Shown here: positions 18,791 through 29,365 of the stretch, piece after piece
Position numbering within the stretch: position 1 is the first letter of the stretch
How the letters are laid out: every line of letters begins with the position of its first letter
Virus genome (UHGV): UHGV-0123627
DNA from: a virus
Length of the DNA stretch: 38,813 nucleotides
Direction: 5' to 3' (one strand)
Translations under genes and position numbers: made by a program
Notes under the pieces: model-generated
Databases searched by the model: none
What the model was told of the DNA's origin: nothing
The model's input: only the letters and a program-made list of their open reading frames with translations

Positions 18791-18973
18791 CTATGGCTTT
18801 GGGGTAACGCGCTCAAGAGATTCCGGTTTGAAATATCCTTGCTCAAGCTTCTTGCCAGCAAACCATTGACAAAGAAAAGAGTTACCTTGGGTAGATGAAA
18901 ATAACCTGATAGTCATGTCAGGTCCGCCTGATTTCAGTTTAACAATGTCACCTGCTTTAAAGTCATTGTTCAT
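18791..18973 (-). CDS. Small protein, DUF2158 (YodC-like) family candidate
   Basis: ATG with AGGAG 7 nt upstream; MNNDFKAGDIVKLKSGGPDMTI... resembles YodC-type small proteins. Family from memory. Confidence 0.5.
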   Translation of the reverse strand: MNNDFKAGDIVKLKSGGPDMTIRLFSSTQGNSFLCQWFAGKKLEQGYFKPESLERVTPKP

Positions 18974-18999
18974 AACAATCTCCTTATGGGAAGTAAAAA

Positions 19000-19527
19000 A
19001 TGGCACTCACCGACAAACAAGAAATGTTCTGTCGCGAGTACCTCATCGATTTAAATGCCACGCAAGCGGCTATTCGGGCGGGGTACAGCGCAAAGACAGC
19101 TAACCGTACCGCATCCGAAAACCTGTCAAAACCTGACATCAAGTTAAGAATCTCCGAACTGAAAGCGCAACGCAATGATCTTGTTGGTATTAATGCAGAA
19201 TATGTACTTAATCGCCTTATTGAAATCGACCAGATGGATGTGCTCGACATTCTCCTGCAAAACGGCGAGTTAAAGCCAATTAAAGACTGGCCTAAGGTAT
19301 GGCGCACAACGTTATCAGGAATGGATGTTGTGGAGATGGTATCCGCAGATAGTGCAGCACTCCTGAAGAAAATCAAATGGCCTGATAAGGTTAAAAACCT
19401 CGAACTTCTTGGTAAGCATGTTTCTGTTCAGGCATTTAAAGAACAATCTTCTCACGAGCTAACCGGCAAAGACGGCGGCGCAATCCAGATTGAAACATCA
19501 CCGATGAGCACTCTATTCGGAAAATGA
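19000..19527 (+). CDS. Terminase small subunit
   Basis: 175-aa MALTDKQEMFCREYLIDLNATQAAIRAGYSAKTA... typical N-terminus of the phage terminase small subunit family. Confidence 0.85.
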   Translation: MALTDKQEMFCREYLIDLNATQAAIRAGYSAKTANRTASENLSKPDIKLRISELKAQRNDLVGINAEYVLNRLIEIDQMDVLDILLQNGELKPIKDWPKVWRTTLSGMDVVEMVSADSAALLKKIKWPDKVKNLELLGKHVSVQAFKEQSSHELTGKDGGAIQIETSPMSTLFGK

Positions 19528-20936
19528 CCTCGATTAATCCTATCTTTGAACCGTTCATTGAGGCGCATCGCTACAAAGTCGCCAAAGGCGGTCGAGGTAG
19601 CGGCAAGTCATGGGCAATTGCGAGGCTGCTTGTTGAAGCGGCGCGTCGGCAGCCAGTGCGTATTCTCTGCGCTCGTGAACTGCAAAACAGTATCAGCGAT
19701 TCGGTAATCCGGTTGCTTGAAGATACCATCGAGCGTGAAGGGTATTCGGCTGAGTTTGAAATTCAGCGTTCAATGATCCGTCATCTCGGAACGAATGCTG
19801 AATTCATGTTCTACGGCATAAAAAACAACCCGACGAAGATTAAATCGCTCGAAGGCATTGATATCTGCTGGGTGGAAGAAGCGGAAGCGGTAACGAAGGA
19901 ATCATGGGATATCCTGATACCAACCATCCGTAAGCCGTTCTCTGAAATATGGGTGAGATTTAACCCGAAGAACATACTCGACGATACCTATCAGCGATTC
20001 GTTGTAAATCCTCCCGATGATATTTGCCTGCTGACGGTGAACTACACCGACAACCCGCACTTTCCTGAAGTTCTCCGTCTGGAGATGGAAGAGTGTAAAC
20101 GCAGAAATCCGACACTATATCGTCACATCTGGCTTGGTGAGCCAGTGAGCGCAAGTGATATGGCAATCATCAAACGTGAATGGCTTGAAGCCGCAACCGA
20201 TGCGCACAAGAAACTCGGATGGAAAGCGAAAGGCGCTGTTGTCTCTGCGCATGACCCATCAGATACAGGGCCAGATGCTAAAGGTTATGCATCGCGTCAC
20301 GGTTCGGTAGTTAAGCGCATTGCCGAAGGTCTGCTGATGGACATCAACGAGGGTGCTGACTGGGCTACTTCGCTGGCGATTGAAGACGGCGCTGACCATT
20401 ACCTGTGGGATGGTGATGGCGTCGGTGCGGGGCTACGCAGACAGACAACGGAAGCGTTCTCCGGCAAGAAAATCACCGCCACGATGTTCAAGGGCAGTGA
20501 ATCGCCATTCGATGAAGATGCACCATATCAGGCCGGAGCATGGGCTGATGAAGTCGTACAGGGCGACAACGTTCGCACTATTGGCGATGTGTTCCGCAAT
20601 AAGCGAGCGCAATTCTATTACGCGCTGGCTGACAGGCTGTATCTGACATATCGGGCGGTTGTCCACGGTGAGTATGCAGACCCCGACGACATGCTGAGTT
20701 TCGACAAAGAAGCGATAGGCGAGAAGATGCTGGAGAAGCTGTTTGCAGAACTGACGCAGATTCAGCGCAAATTCAATAATAACGGGAAGCTGGAGCTTAT
20801 GACTAAGGTCGAAATGAAGCAGAAGCTCGGTATTCCATCTCCTAACCTGGCTGATGCGCTGATGATGTGTATGCATTGCCCGGCATTGGTCCGCGAAGAA
20901 ACAGAAATATACGTTCCCTCATCCTCCGGTTGGTAA
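19524..20936 (+). CDS. Terminase large subunit
   Basis: 470-aa ORF with Walker A KGGRGSGKS and a C-terminal nuclease-like region. Confidence 0.95.
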   Translation: MTSINPIFEPFIEAHRYKVAKGGRGSGKSWAIARLLVEAARRQPVRILCARELQNSISDSVIRLLEDTIEREGYSAEFEIQRSMIRHLGTNAEFMFYGIKNNPTKIKSLEGIDICWVEEAEAVTKESWDILIPTIRKPFSEIWVRFNPKNILDDTYQRFVVNPPDDICLLTVNYTDNPHFPEVLRLEMEECKRRNPTLYRHIWLGEPVSASDMAIIKREWLEAATDAHKKLGWKAKGAVVSAHDPSDTGPDAKGYASRHGSVVKRIAEGLLMDINEGADWATSLAIEDGADHYLWDGDGVGAGLRRQTTEAFSGKKITATMFKGSESPFDEDAPYQAGAWADEVVQGDNVRTIGDVFRNKRAQFYYALADRLYLTYRAVVHGEYADPDDMLSFDKEAIGEKMLEKLFAELTQIQRKFNNNGKLELMTKVEMKQKLGIPSPNLADALMMCMHCPALVREETEIYVPSSSGW

Positions 20937-20938
20937 AC

Positions 20939-23065
20939 ATGGCAGAGACATTAGAGAAAAAACATGAGCGGATCATGCTCAGGTTTGACCGCGCCTATTC
21001 TCCACAGAAGGAAGTGCGCGAAAAGTGCATTGAAGCTACGAGGTTTGCTCGTGTCCCCGGAGGTCAATGGGAAGGAGCAACGGCGGCTGGAACTAAGCTT
21101 GATGAGCAGTTAGAGAAGTATCCTAAGTTTGAAATCAATAAGGTAGCAACTGAACTTAACCGCATCATTGCAGAATACCGCAATAACAGAATCACTGTTA
21201 AGTTTCGTCCTGGTGACAGAGAGGCAAGCGAAGAGTTAGCCAATAAATTAAATGGTCTGTTCCGTGCTGACTACGAAGAAACTGATGGCGGTGAGGCTTG
21301 CGATAATGCATTTGACGACGCTGCTACTGGTGGTTTCGGTTGCTTCCGTTTGACGTCGATGCTGGTCAATGAATACGACCCCATGGACGATCGTCAGCGT
21401 ATTGCTATTGAACCAATATACGACCCGTCGCGCTCTGTGTGGTTTGACCCTGACGCTAAGAAGTACGACAAATCTGACGCGTTGTGGGCGTTCTGCATGT
21501 ATTCGTTGTCACCTGAAAAATATGAGGCTGAATACGGAAAGAAACCTCCTGCTTCTCTGGATGTAACGTCTATGACCAGTTGGGAATATGACTGGTTTGA
21601 TGAAGATGTTATTTACATAGCGAAGTATTACGAAGTTCGTAAAGAGTCTGTTGACGTCATCAGTTATCGACATCCAATCACTGGAGAGATTGCAACATAC
21701 GACAGTGATCAGGTTGAAGATATTGAAGATGAACTGGCAATAGCTGGATTTCATGAAGTGGCAAGGCGCTCAGTGAAGCGCCGTCGTGTGTATGTATCCG
21801 TAGTGGATGGTGATGGTTTCCTTGAGAAACCTCGACGTATTCCTGGTGAACATATCCCCCTCATCCCGGTTTATGGAAAACGCTGGTTCATTGATGACAT
21901 TGAGCGTGTCGAAGGGCACATTGCAAAAGCAATGGATCCACAACGTTTGTACAACCTTCAGGTTTCAATGCTGGCTGATACTGCAGCGCAAGACCCCGGT
22001 CAGATCCCTATAGTTGGCATGGAGCAAATTCGTGGACTTGAGAAGCACTGGGAGGCTCGCAACAAGAAACGCCCAGCGTTCTTGCCGTTGCGCGAAGTGA
22101 GAGATAAATCTGGCAACATTATCGCTGGAGCTACCCCTGCAGGATATACACAGCCTGCGGTTATGAATCAGGCATTGGCTGCATTACTACAGCAAACCAG
22201 TGCAGATATTCAGGAGGTTACAGGCGGCAGTCAGGCCATGCAGCAGATGCCAAGTAATATTGCTCAGGAAACGGTTAACAACTTGATGAACAGAGCAGAT
22301 ATGGCTTCGTTTATCTATCTGGACAATATGGCGAAAAGTCTTAAACGCGCTGGTGAAGTATGGCTGTCAATGGCGCGTGAAGTGTACGGTTCAGAACGTG
22401 AAGTGCGCATCGTTAACGAAGATGGAAGTGATGATATCGCTGTCCTGAGCGCACAGGTTGTTGACAGGCAAACAGGGGCTGTTGTTGCGTTAAATGACCT
22501 TTCTGTCGGTCGATACGATGTGACGGTTGATGTTGGACCAAGCTACACAGCACGACGTGATGCAACGGTTTCTGTACTGACAAATGTCCTTAGCTCTATG
22601 CTTCCAACAGACCCAATGCGCCCGGCAATTCAGGGTATTATTCTGGACAATATCGATGGCGAAGGCCTTGATGACTTCAAAGAGTACAACCGAAACCAAC
22701 TGCTGATATCTGGTATTGCAAAACCACGCAATGAGAAAGAGCAGCAGATTGTTCAACAGGCGCAAATGGCAGCACAAAGCCAGCCAAATCCTGAAATGGT
22801 TCTCGCTCAGGCGCAAATGGTAGCAGCGCAGGCAGAAGCGCAAAAAGCAACTAACGAAACTGCTCAAACTCAAATCAAAGCATTTACTGCCCAGCAGGAT
22901 GCGATGGAGAGTCAGGCAAACACTGTCTATAAACTGGCTCAAGCCAGAAACATCGATGACAAAGCAGTGATGGAGGCAATACGCCTTCTGAAAGATGTCG
23001 CCGAGTCACAACAACAGCAATTCCAGTCACCACCACAGTCACCGGCAGACTTAATGCCGAGTTAA
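20939..23065 (+). CDS. Portal protein (P22 gp1-like)
   Basis: About 708 aa from the ATG right after the terminase stop; N-terminus MAETLEKKHERIMLRFDRAY parallels the P22 portal N-terminus; Gln/Ala-rich C-terminal tail. Confidence 0.93.
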   Translation: MAETLEKKHERIMLRFDRAYSPQKEVREKCIEATRFARVPGGQWEGATAAGTKLDEQLEKYPKFEINKVATELNRIIAEYRNNRITVKFRPGDREASEELANKLNGLFRADYEETDGGEACDNAFDDAATGGFGCFRLTSMLVNEYDPMDDRQRIAIEPIYDPSRSVWFDPDAKKYDKSDALWAFCMYSLSPEKYEAEYGKKPPASLDVTSMTSWEYDWFDEDVIYIAKYYEVRKESVDVISYRHPITGEIATYDSDQVEDIEDELAIAGFHEVARRSVKRRRVYVSVVDGDGFLEKPRRIPGEHIPLIPVYGKRWFIDDIERVEGHIAKAMDPQRLYNLQVSMLADTAAQDPGQIPIVGMEQIRGLEKHWEARNKKRPAFLPLREVRDKSGNIIAGATPAGYTQPAVMNQALAALLQQTSADIQEVTGGSQAMQQMPSNIAQETVNNLMNRADMASFIYLDNMAKSLKRAGEVWLSMAREVYGSEREVRIVNEDGSDDIAVLSAQVVDRQTGAVVALNDLSVGRYDVTVDVGPSYTARRDATVSVLTNVLSSMLPTDPMRPAIQGIILDNIDGEGLDDFKEYNRNQLLISGIAKPRNEKEQQIVQQAQMAAQSQPNPEMVLAQAQMVAAQAEAQKATNETAQTQIKAFTAQQDAMESQANTVYKLAQARNIDDKAVMEAIRLLKDVAESQQQQFQSPPQSPADLMPS

Positions 23066-23078
23066 CCAGGAGTAATCA

Positions 23079-23963
23079 ATGGAAAACGAACTGATCATCG
23101 ACGGTCAGGTTATTGACCTGTCTGAAACACAGGAAAATGCAGAAGAAACCATCATCCAAACAGAGTCACAGCCTGAGAATGAAAGCCAGGATGACAACGG
23201 TAAAGAGGTGGCAACTGAGCCTGAAAAAACCGAAGAGACACCAGAAGATTACGCCTTGCGTATTGGTGATGAAGAAATTCAGCTTAACGCTGACGATGAT
23301 GATCACATTGACGGGCAACCTGCACCGCAATGGGTGAAAGATCTTCGCAAAGGCTTCAAAGAAACACAGAAAGAAAACCGTGAGTTGCGCCGCCAGCTTG
23401 AGGAAGCATTAGCCAAGCCAGCGGAACATCAGCAACCACAACCAGACGCTATTCCACCAAAACCGACTCTTGAGTCGTGTGATTATGACGAACAGGCGTT
23501 TGAACAGGCATTGACTGATTGGCATGAGAAAAAAGGCCGTGTCGAACAGCAGCAGCAACAAAAACTACGTCAGCAACAGGAATACCAGCAGCGTTTCCAG
23601 CAAAGGGTAGAAGCGCATAAACAACGGGCAGCCAAACTTCCTGTGAAAGATTATCAGGAAATGGAAGCCATTGTTCTTAGTGAGCTACCACCAATTCAGC
23701 AGGAAATCATCATTCACTGTGCAGACGAAGGCTCTGAACTACTCGCCTATGGCTTAGGTAAGAGCCAGCAATTACGCCAGCGTGTAGCCGCTGAGACAGA
23801 TCCAATTCGCGCAGCATTCCTCTTGGGGCAGATTAGCAAACAGGTAAGCCTTGCTCCAAAACCAAAGAAAGCCATCAAGCCAGAGCCGGAAGTACGTGGT
23901 GGCGGTGCTGATGCGAAACAAGACGAATTCAACAAATTATGCCCCGGCGCAAAAATCGAATAA
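23079..23963 (+). CDS. Scaffolding protein
   Basis: 294-aa acidic, Gln-rich protein between portal and coat, the P22 gp8 position. Confidence 0.8.
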   Translation: MENELIIDGQVIDLSETQENAEETIIQTESQPENESQDDNGKEVATEPEKTEETPEDYALRIGDEEIQLNADDDDHIDGQPAPQWVKDLRKGFKETQKENRELRRQLEEALAKPAEHQQPQPDAIPPKPTLESCDYDEQAFEQALTDWHEKKGRVEQQQQQKLRQQQEYQQRFQQRVEAHKQRAAKLPVKDYQEMEAIVLSELPPIQQEIIIHCADEGSELLAYGLGKSQQLRQRVAAETDPIRAAFLLGQISKQVSLAPKPKKAIKPEPEVRGGGADAKQDEFNKLCPGAKIE

Positions 23964-23974
23964 GGAAAAGATAA

Positions 23975-25246
23975 ATGCCTAACAATCTCGACAGTAACGT
24001 CAGTCAAATCGTTCTGAAAAAATTCCTTCCTGGTTTTATGTCAGATTTAGTTCTGGCGAAAACCGTAGACCGTCAGTTGCTGGCAGGTGAAATCAACCCC
24101 AGCACTGGCGATAGCGTTAGCTTTAAACGTCCGCATCAATTCTCATCCCTCCGTACTCCCACTGGTGATATTTCAGGGCAAAATAAAAACAACCTGATCT
24201 CAGGTAAAGCTACGGGGCGTGTAGGTAACTACATCACTGTTGCTGTTGAATATCAGCAACTGGAGGAAGCGATCAAGCTTAACCAACTGGAAGAAATTCT
24301 CGCGCCGGTTCGCCAGCGAATCGTTACCGACCTTGAAACAGAGCTTGCTCACTTCATGATGAATAACGGTGCGTTGTCACTTGGTAGCCCCAATACTCCA
24401 ATCACCAAATGGTCTGATGTTGCGCAGACGGCATCTTTCCTGAAAGACCTCGGCGTTAATGAAGGTGAAAACTATGCTGTAATGGATCCATGGTCTGCAC
24501 AGCGACTTGCTGATGCGCAGACTGGTTTGCATGCTTCAGAACAATTGGTTCGTACTGCATGGGAGAATGCGCAGATTCCAACCAATTTTGGCGGCATTCG
24601 CGCACTGATGTCTAATGGGCTTGCCTCTCGTACGCAGGGGGCATTTGGCGGAACACTGACAGTCAAAACACAGCCAACTGTTACCTATAACGCAGTTAAA
24701 GACTCATACCAGTTCACTGTAACATTGACCGGAGCGACAGCCAGCGTTACAGGTTTTCTGAAAGCTGGTGATCAGGTTAAATTCACCAATACCTACTGGC
24801 TGCAACAGCAGACCAAACAGGCGTTGTATAACGGAGCCACACCAATTAGCTTCACTGCAACGGTTACTGCTGATGCTAATTCAGACAGCAGTGGCGATGT
24901 GACGGTTACGCTTTCTGGTGTTCCGATTTATGACACTACAAACCCGCAGTACAACTCTGTAAGTCGTCAGGTAGCGGCAGGCGATGCCGTATCTGTAGTA
25001 GGCACTGCTAGCCAGACAATGAAGCCAAACCTGTTCTATAACAAGTTCTTCTGTGGACTTGGCTCTATCCCACTGCCGAAACTGCACAGTATTGATTCTG
25101 CTGTTGCAACATATGAAGGTTTCTCCATCCGCGTACATAAATACGCAGATGGCGATGCCAACGTGCAAAAAATGCGCTTTGACTTACTGCCTGCATATGT
25201 GTGCTTTAACCCTCACATGGGCGGTCAGTTCTTCGGTAATCCGTAA
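23975..25246 (+). CDS. Major coat protein (Sf6/P22-like family)
   Basis: 423-aa MPNNLDSNVSQIVLKKFLPGFMSDLVLAKTVDRQ...; matches the Sf6-type coat protein as remembered. Confidence 0.9.
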   Translation: MPNNLDSNVSQIVLKKFLPGFMSDLVLAKTVDRQLLAGEINPSTGDSVSFKRPHQFSSLRTPTGDISGQNKNNLISGKATGRVGNYITVAVEYQQLEEAIKLNQLEEILAPVRQRIVTDLETELAHFMMNNGALSLGSPNTPITKWSDVAQTASFLKDLGVNEGENYAVMDPWSAQRLADAQTGLHASEQLVRTAWENAQIPTNFGGIRALMSNGLASRTQGAFGGTLTVKTQPTVTYNAVKDSYQFTVTLTGATASVTGFLKAGDQVKFTNTYWLQQQTKQALYNGATPISFTATVTADANSDSSGDVTVTLSGVPIYDTTNPQYNSVSRQVAAGDAVSVVGTASQTMKPNLFYNKFFCGLGSIPLPKLHSIDSAVATYEGFSIRVHKYADGDANVQKMRFDLLPAYVCFNPHMGGQFFGNP

Positions 25247-25252
25247 TAACAA

Positions 25253-25277
25253 GGGGCTTCCGCCCCTTTTATGTTTT
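25253..25277 (+). terminator. Candidate intrinsic terminator after the coat gene
   Basis: GGGGC-TTCC-GCCCC followed by TTTTATGTTTT. Confidence 0.5.
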
Positions 25278-25288
25278 AAGGAAACAAT

Positions 25289-25474
25289 ATGGATCGCATG
25301 AGTGTATTCCTTGCCGCAGATAACGAATCCGGACATGTACAGGCCGTTATCGCAGAAAAAGACTTCCAGTTTTTCGAAAAGTTGGGCTTTGTTGCCTCAG
25401 TTGATGAATTGAAACCGACCAGTAAGCGAGGTCGTAAGGCGGCAGACAATGGCAACAGTACTGACAAAGGGTGA
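25289..25474 (+). CDS. Small hypothetical protein (61 aa)
   Basis: ATG with AAGGAAA upstream, between coat and the gp4 homologue. Confidence 0.4.
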   Translation: MDRMSVFLAADNESGHVQAVIAEKDFQFFEKLGFVASVDELKPTSKRGRKAADNGNSTDKG

Positions 25475-25931
25475 GATCGTCCTTTTTGCGCTTCGTAAGT
25501 TTGCTATTGCTTCTAATGCATCGCTGACTGATGTTGAGCCGCAATCAATTGAAGATGGTGTAAATGATCTGGAAGATATGATGTCCGAGTGGATGATTAA
25601 CCCCGGCGACATTGGTTACGCTTTCGCAACTGGAGATGAGCAGCCATTACCAGATGATGAGTCAGGTCTTCCAAGAAAATACAAACACGCAGTAGGCTAT
25701 CAGTTATTGCTGAGAATGCTATCTGATTACAGCCTTGAACCAACTCCGCAAGTTCTCAGTAACGCCCAACGCTCATATGATGCCTTGATGACCGACACTC
25801 TGGTTGTTCCTTCAATGCGACGACGTGGAGATTTTCCTGTAGGACAGGGTAATAAATATGACGTGTTTACATCTGACCGATATTATCCAGGCGATCTCCC
25901 TCTGATTGATGGCGATATCCCAAACGCATAG
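25449..25931 (+). CDS. Head-to-tail adaptor (P22 gp4-like)
   Basis: 160-aa; ...[28 protein letters not shown]... aligns with the P22 gp4 motif [28 protein letters not shown] as remembered. Confidence 0.85.
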   Translation: [160 protein letters not shown]

Positions 25932-25939
25932 GTGAATAA

Positions 25940-27358
25940 ATGCCGATTCAGCAACTTCCGCTTATGAAAGGTGTCGGCAAAGACTTTCGAAACGCCGACT
26001 ATATCGACTATCTGCCAGTGAATATGCTGGCTACACCCAAAGAAATCCTCAACAGCAGCGGATATCTTCGCTCATTCCCGGGCATTGCCAAACGTTCTGA
26101 TGTGAACGGTGTATCTCGAGGCGTCGAGTACAACATGGCGCAGAATGCTGTCTATCGTGTGTGTGGCGGCAAGCTCTACAAAGGCGAAAGCGAGGTCGGT
26201 GATGTTGCCGGAAGTGGTCGCGTATCAATGGCGCATGGTCGAACATCTCAGGCGGTAGGCGTTAATGGTCAACTGATCGAGTATCGCTATGATGGCACGG
26301 TTAAAACAGTCTCAAACTGGCCTACAGACAGCGGATTCACTCAGTATGAGTTAGGTTCGGTTCGCGACATTACGCGTTTACGTGGGCGTTATGCGTGGTC
26401 AAAAGACGGCACTGATTCATGGTTTATCACTGACCTTGAAGACGAATCGCATCCTGACCGTTACAGCGCACAATATCGTGCCGAGTCTCAGCCGGACGGC
26501 ATCATCGGTATCGGGACATGGCGAGACTTCATCGTCTGCTTTGGTTCATCGACGATTGAATATTTCTCCCTGACTGGCGCAACCACCGTTGGTGCTGCTT
26601 TGTATGTCGCACAGCCATCACTGATGGTGCAAAAAGGCATTGCCGGAACTTACTGCAAAACGCCGTTTGCTGATTCCTATGCGTTCATCAGCAATCCGGC
26701 AACGGGTGCGCCGTCTGTGTATATCATCGGCTCCGGTCAGGTGTCACCAATTGCCAGCGAGAGCATTGAGAAAATCCTCCGCTCCTACACTGCTGATGAA
26801 CTGGCTGATGGTGTGATGGAATCGCTGCGGTTTGATGCTCATGAGTTGCTGATTATCCACCTTCCTCGCCATGTTCTCGTGTACGACGCATCTTCAAGCG
26901 CCAATGGTCCGCAATGGTGTGTACTGAAAACAGGCTTGTATGACGATGTGTACCGCGCTATCGACTTCATTTACGAAGGAAATCAGATAACGTGCGGCGA
27001 TAAGCTGGAATCGGTGACCGGGAAATTGCAGTTCGATATCAGCAGTCAGTATGGGCTTCAACAGGAACACCTGCTGTTTACTCCACTGTTCAAAGCGGAT
27101 AACGCCAGATGCTTCGATCTGGAGGTGGAATCATCCACTGGCGTAGCTCAGTACGCCGACCGCCTGTTCCTCTCTGCAACCACTGACGGCATAAATTATG
27201 GGCGTGAGCAGATGATTGAGCAGAATGAACCGTTCGTTTACGACAAACGCGTTTTGTGGAAACGAGTAGGGCGCATCAGGAAAAACATTGGTTTCAAATT
27301 GCGCGTTATCACGAAGTCACCTGTCACTCTGTCTGGCTGCCAGATAAGGATTGAGTAA
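25940..27358 (+). CDS. Tail hub protein (P22 gp10-like)
   Basis: 472-aa ORF, same length and position as P22 gp10. Confidence 0.8.
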   Translation: MPIQQLPLMKGVGKDFRNADYIDYLPVNMLATPKEILNSSGYLRSFPGIAKRSDVNGVSRGVEYNMAQNAVYRVCGGKLYKGESEVGDVAGSGRVSMAHGRTSQAVGVNGQLIEYRYDGTVKTVSNWPTDSGFTQYELGSVRDITRLRGRYAWSKDGTDSWFITDLEDESHPDRYSAQYRAESQPDGIIGIGTWRDFIVCFGSSTIEYFSLTGATTVGAALYVAQPSLMVQKGIAGTYCKTPFADSYAFISNPATGAPSVYIIGSGQVSPIASESIEKILRSYTADELADGVMESLRFDAHELLIIHLPRHVLVYDASSSANGPQWCVLKTGLYDDVYRAIDFIYEGNQITCGDKLESVTGKLQFDISSQYGLQQEHLLFTPLFKADNARCFDLEVESSTGVAQYADRLFLSATTDGINYGREQMIEQNEPFVYDKRVLWKRVGRIRKNIGFKLRVITKSPVTLSGCQIRIE

Positions 27359-28206
27359 TGGCGGATTCGAATCTCAATGTGCCGGTAATCATTCAGGCTA
27401 CACGGCTAGACACATCAGTCCTTCCACGCAATATCTTCTCGCAGTCGTATCTGCTTTACGTTATCGCACAGGGCACTGATGTTGGTAACGTGGCTAACAA
27501 AGCCAACGAGGCCGGACAGGGCGCTTATGATGCACAGGTCAGGAACGATGAGCAGGATGTGATTCTCGCTGACCATGAGCAGCGAATTTCTGCTGCGGAA
27601 GCAACGCTTGTTAATCATGAGGAGCGAATCAGCCAGGCAGAATCAACTCTTCAGGACCATGAAACACGAATAGCTCAGAATGAAAGCGATATTTCGTCGC
27701 TTGACACAAGAGTTCAGTCGCTGGAGTCGCAGGTTTCAGACCATGAAACGCGCATCGATGCTCTGGAGTATGCCACTACTCGCAAGAAGTCGGAGGTTGT
27801 TTACTCTGGCGTATCTGTAACCATCCCGACAGCGCCGACCAACCTTGTTAGCCTACTGAAAACGCTCACGCCGTCATCCGGCACGTTGGCACCATTCTTC
27901 GACACCGTTAACAACAAGATGGTTGTGTTCAACGAGAACAAAACCTTGTTCTTCAAGCTGTCGATCGTCGGGACGTGGCCCAGCGGAACCGCAAACAGGT
28001 CAATGCAGCTAACCTTTTCCGGCTCTGTTCCTGACACACTGGTCAGCAGTCGTAATGCGGCGACAACAACCGACAACATCCTGTTAGCTACGTTCTTCAG
28101 CGTGGATAAAGACGGCTTTCTTGCCACAAATGGCAGTACGTTAACCATTCAGTCAAATGGTGCGGCGTTTACTGCCACAACCATCAAGATAATCGCGGAG
28201 CAGTAA
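27358..28206 (+). CDS. Tail needle (P22 gp26 / Sf6-type with C-terminal knob)
   Basis: 282-aa; heptad-repeat coiled-coil region ([40 protein letters not shown]...) followed by a globular C-terminal domain. Confidence 0.8.
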   Translation: MADSNLNVPVIIQATRLDTSVLPRNIFSQSYLLYVIAQGTDVGNVANKANEAGQGAYDAQVRNDEQDVILADHEQRISAAEATLVNHEERISQAESTLQDHETRIAQNESDISSLDTRVQSLESQVSDHETRIDALEYATTRKKSEVVYSGVSVTIPTAPTNLVSLLKTLTPSSGTLAPFFDTVNNKMVVFNENKTLFFKLSIVGTWPSGTANRSMQLTFSGSVPDTLVSSRNAATTTDNILLATFFSVDKDGFLATNGSTLTIQSNGAAFTATTIKIIAEQ

Positions 28207-28661
28207 TGATTCAGTTCAAACCAACGCGAAACATCGACCTGATCGAAGCAGTCGGAAATCACCCTGACATTATTGCCGGGAGCAACAACGGTGATGGATA
28301 CGACTATAAACATGATTGCCGTTACTTTGAGGTGAACGTGCACGGGCAGTTCGGCGGCATTGTTTACTATCAGGAGATTCAGCCGCTGACATTCGATTGC
28401 CACGCCATGTACCTGCCAGAGGTTCGTGGATTCAGCAAGGAAATCGGGCTGGCGTTCTGGCGATACATTCTGACTAACACCACCGTTCAGTGCGTAACAT
28501 CGTTCGCTGCACGCAAATTCCGCCACGGTCAGATGTACTGCGCAATGATTGGCCTTAAGCGTGTAGGAACCATCAAGAAATACTTCAAAGGCGTGGATGA
28601 CGTGACTTTTTACAGCGCCACACGCGAAGAACTAATCGACTTCCTGAATCACGGGAGATAG
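28206..28661 (+). CDS. Virion assembly protein (P22 gp14 position)
   Basis: 151-aa ORF; assigned by gene order only. Confidence 0.5.
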   Translation: MIQFKPTRNIDLIEAVGNHPDIIAGSNNGDGYDYKHDCRYFEVNVHGQFGGIVYYQEIQPLTFDCHAMYLPEVRGFSKEIGLAFWRYILTNTTVQCVTSFAARKFRHGQMYCAMIGLKRVGTIKKYFKGVDDVTFYSATREELIDFLNHGR

Positions 28662-28663
28662 CC

Positions 28664-29356
28664 ATGTTATATGCATTTAAGCTGGGCAGAAAACTGCGCG
28701 GCGAGGAACCTTATTGCCCTGAAAAGGGGGGGAAAGGTGGCAGTTCTGATAAAAGCGCAAAGTATGCCGCAGAAGCTCAGAAGTATGCAGCAGACCTGCA
28801 AAATCAGCAGTGGCAGACGATCATGAAAAACCTTGCTCCGTTCACGCCGCTTGCGGAGCAGTATGTTAACCAGCTTCAGAATCTTTCCAGTTTAGAAGGT
28901 CAGGGGCAGGCACTTAATCAGTATTACAATTCTCAGCAGTATAAAGACCTTGCAGGTCAGGCTCGTTACCAGAGTCTTGCTGCTGCGGAAGCGACTGGAG
29001 GACTTGGTTCGACAGCCACAAGCAATCAACTGGCTACGATCGCGCCGACACTCGGTCAGTCTTGGTTATCAAACCAGATGAGCAATTACAACAATCTGGC
29101 AAACGTTGGGCTTGGTGCGCTGCAAGGTCAGGCAAACGCCGGGCAGACGTACGCCAACAACATGAGCAGCATTGCACAGCAAAGCGCAGCACTTGCCGCT
29201 GCTAATGCCAATAAACCATCAAGTCTTCAGACTGCAATTAGCGGTGGCACGTCTGGTGCGATTGCCGGTGCAGGTCTTGCCAGCCTTTTGGGAACATCAA
29301 CGCCTTGGGGCGCTGGCATTGGTGCTGGTATCGGATTGCTTGGCTCGTTGTTTTAA
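28664..29356 (+). CDS. Ejection/internal protein (P22 gp7 position)
   Basis: 230-aa Gln/Ala/Gly-rich low-complexity protein. Confidence 0.7.
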   Translation: MLYAFKLGRKLRGEEPYCPEKGGKGGSSDKSAKYAAEAQKYAADLQNQQWQTIMKNLAPFTPLAEQYVNQLQNLSSLEGQGQALNQYYNSQQYKDLAGQARYQSLAAAEATGGLGSTATSNQLATIAPTLGQSWLSNQMSNYNNLANVGLGALQGQANAGQTYANNMSSIAQQSAALAAANANKPSSLQTAISGGTSGAIAGAGLASLLGTSTPWGAGIGAGIGLLGSLF

Positions 29357-29365
29357 GGGGTAATC

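Noticed and set aside
19000-20936. Looked for a lambda-type cos site and Nu1/A terminase
   Set aside because: The terminase genes are the P22-like small/large pair, implying headful (pac) packaging; no cos-like sequence was recognised.
20867-20938. Extended portal start from the GTG at 20867 (732-aa reading)
   Set aside because: The ATG at 20939, right after the terminase stop, gives an N-terminus that aligns with the P22 portal start; the upstream extension is unlikely.
21369-25612. Numerous short track ORFs on both strands inside portal, scaffold, coat and tail genes
   Set aside because: All are nested within or antisense to long, well-supported structural genes; no independent evidence.
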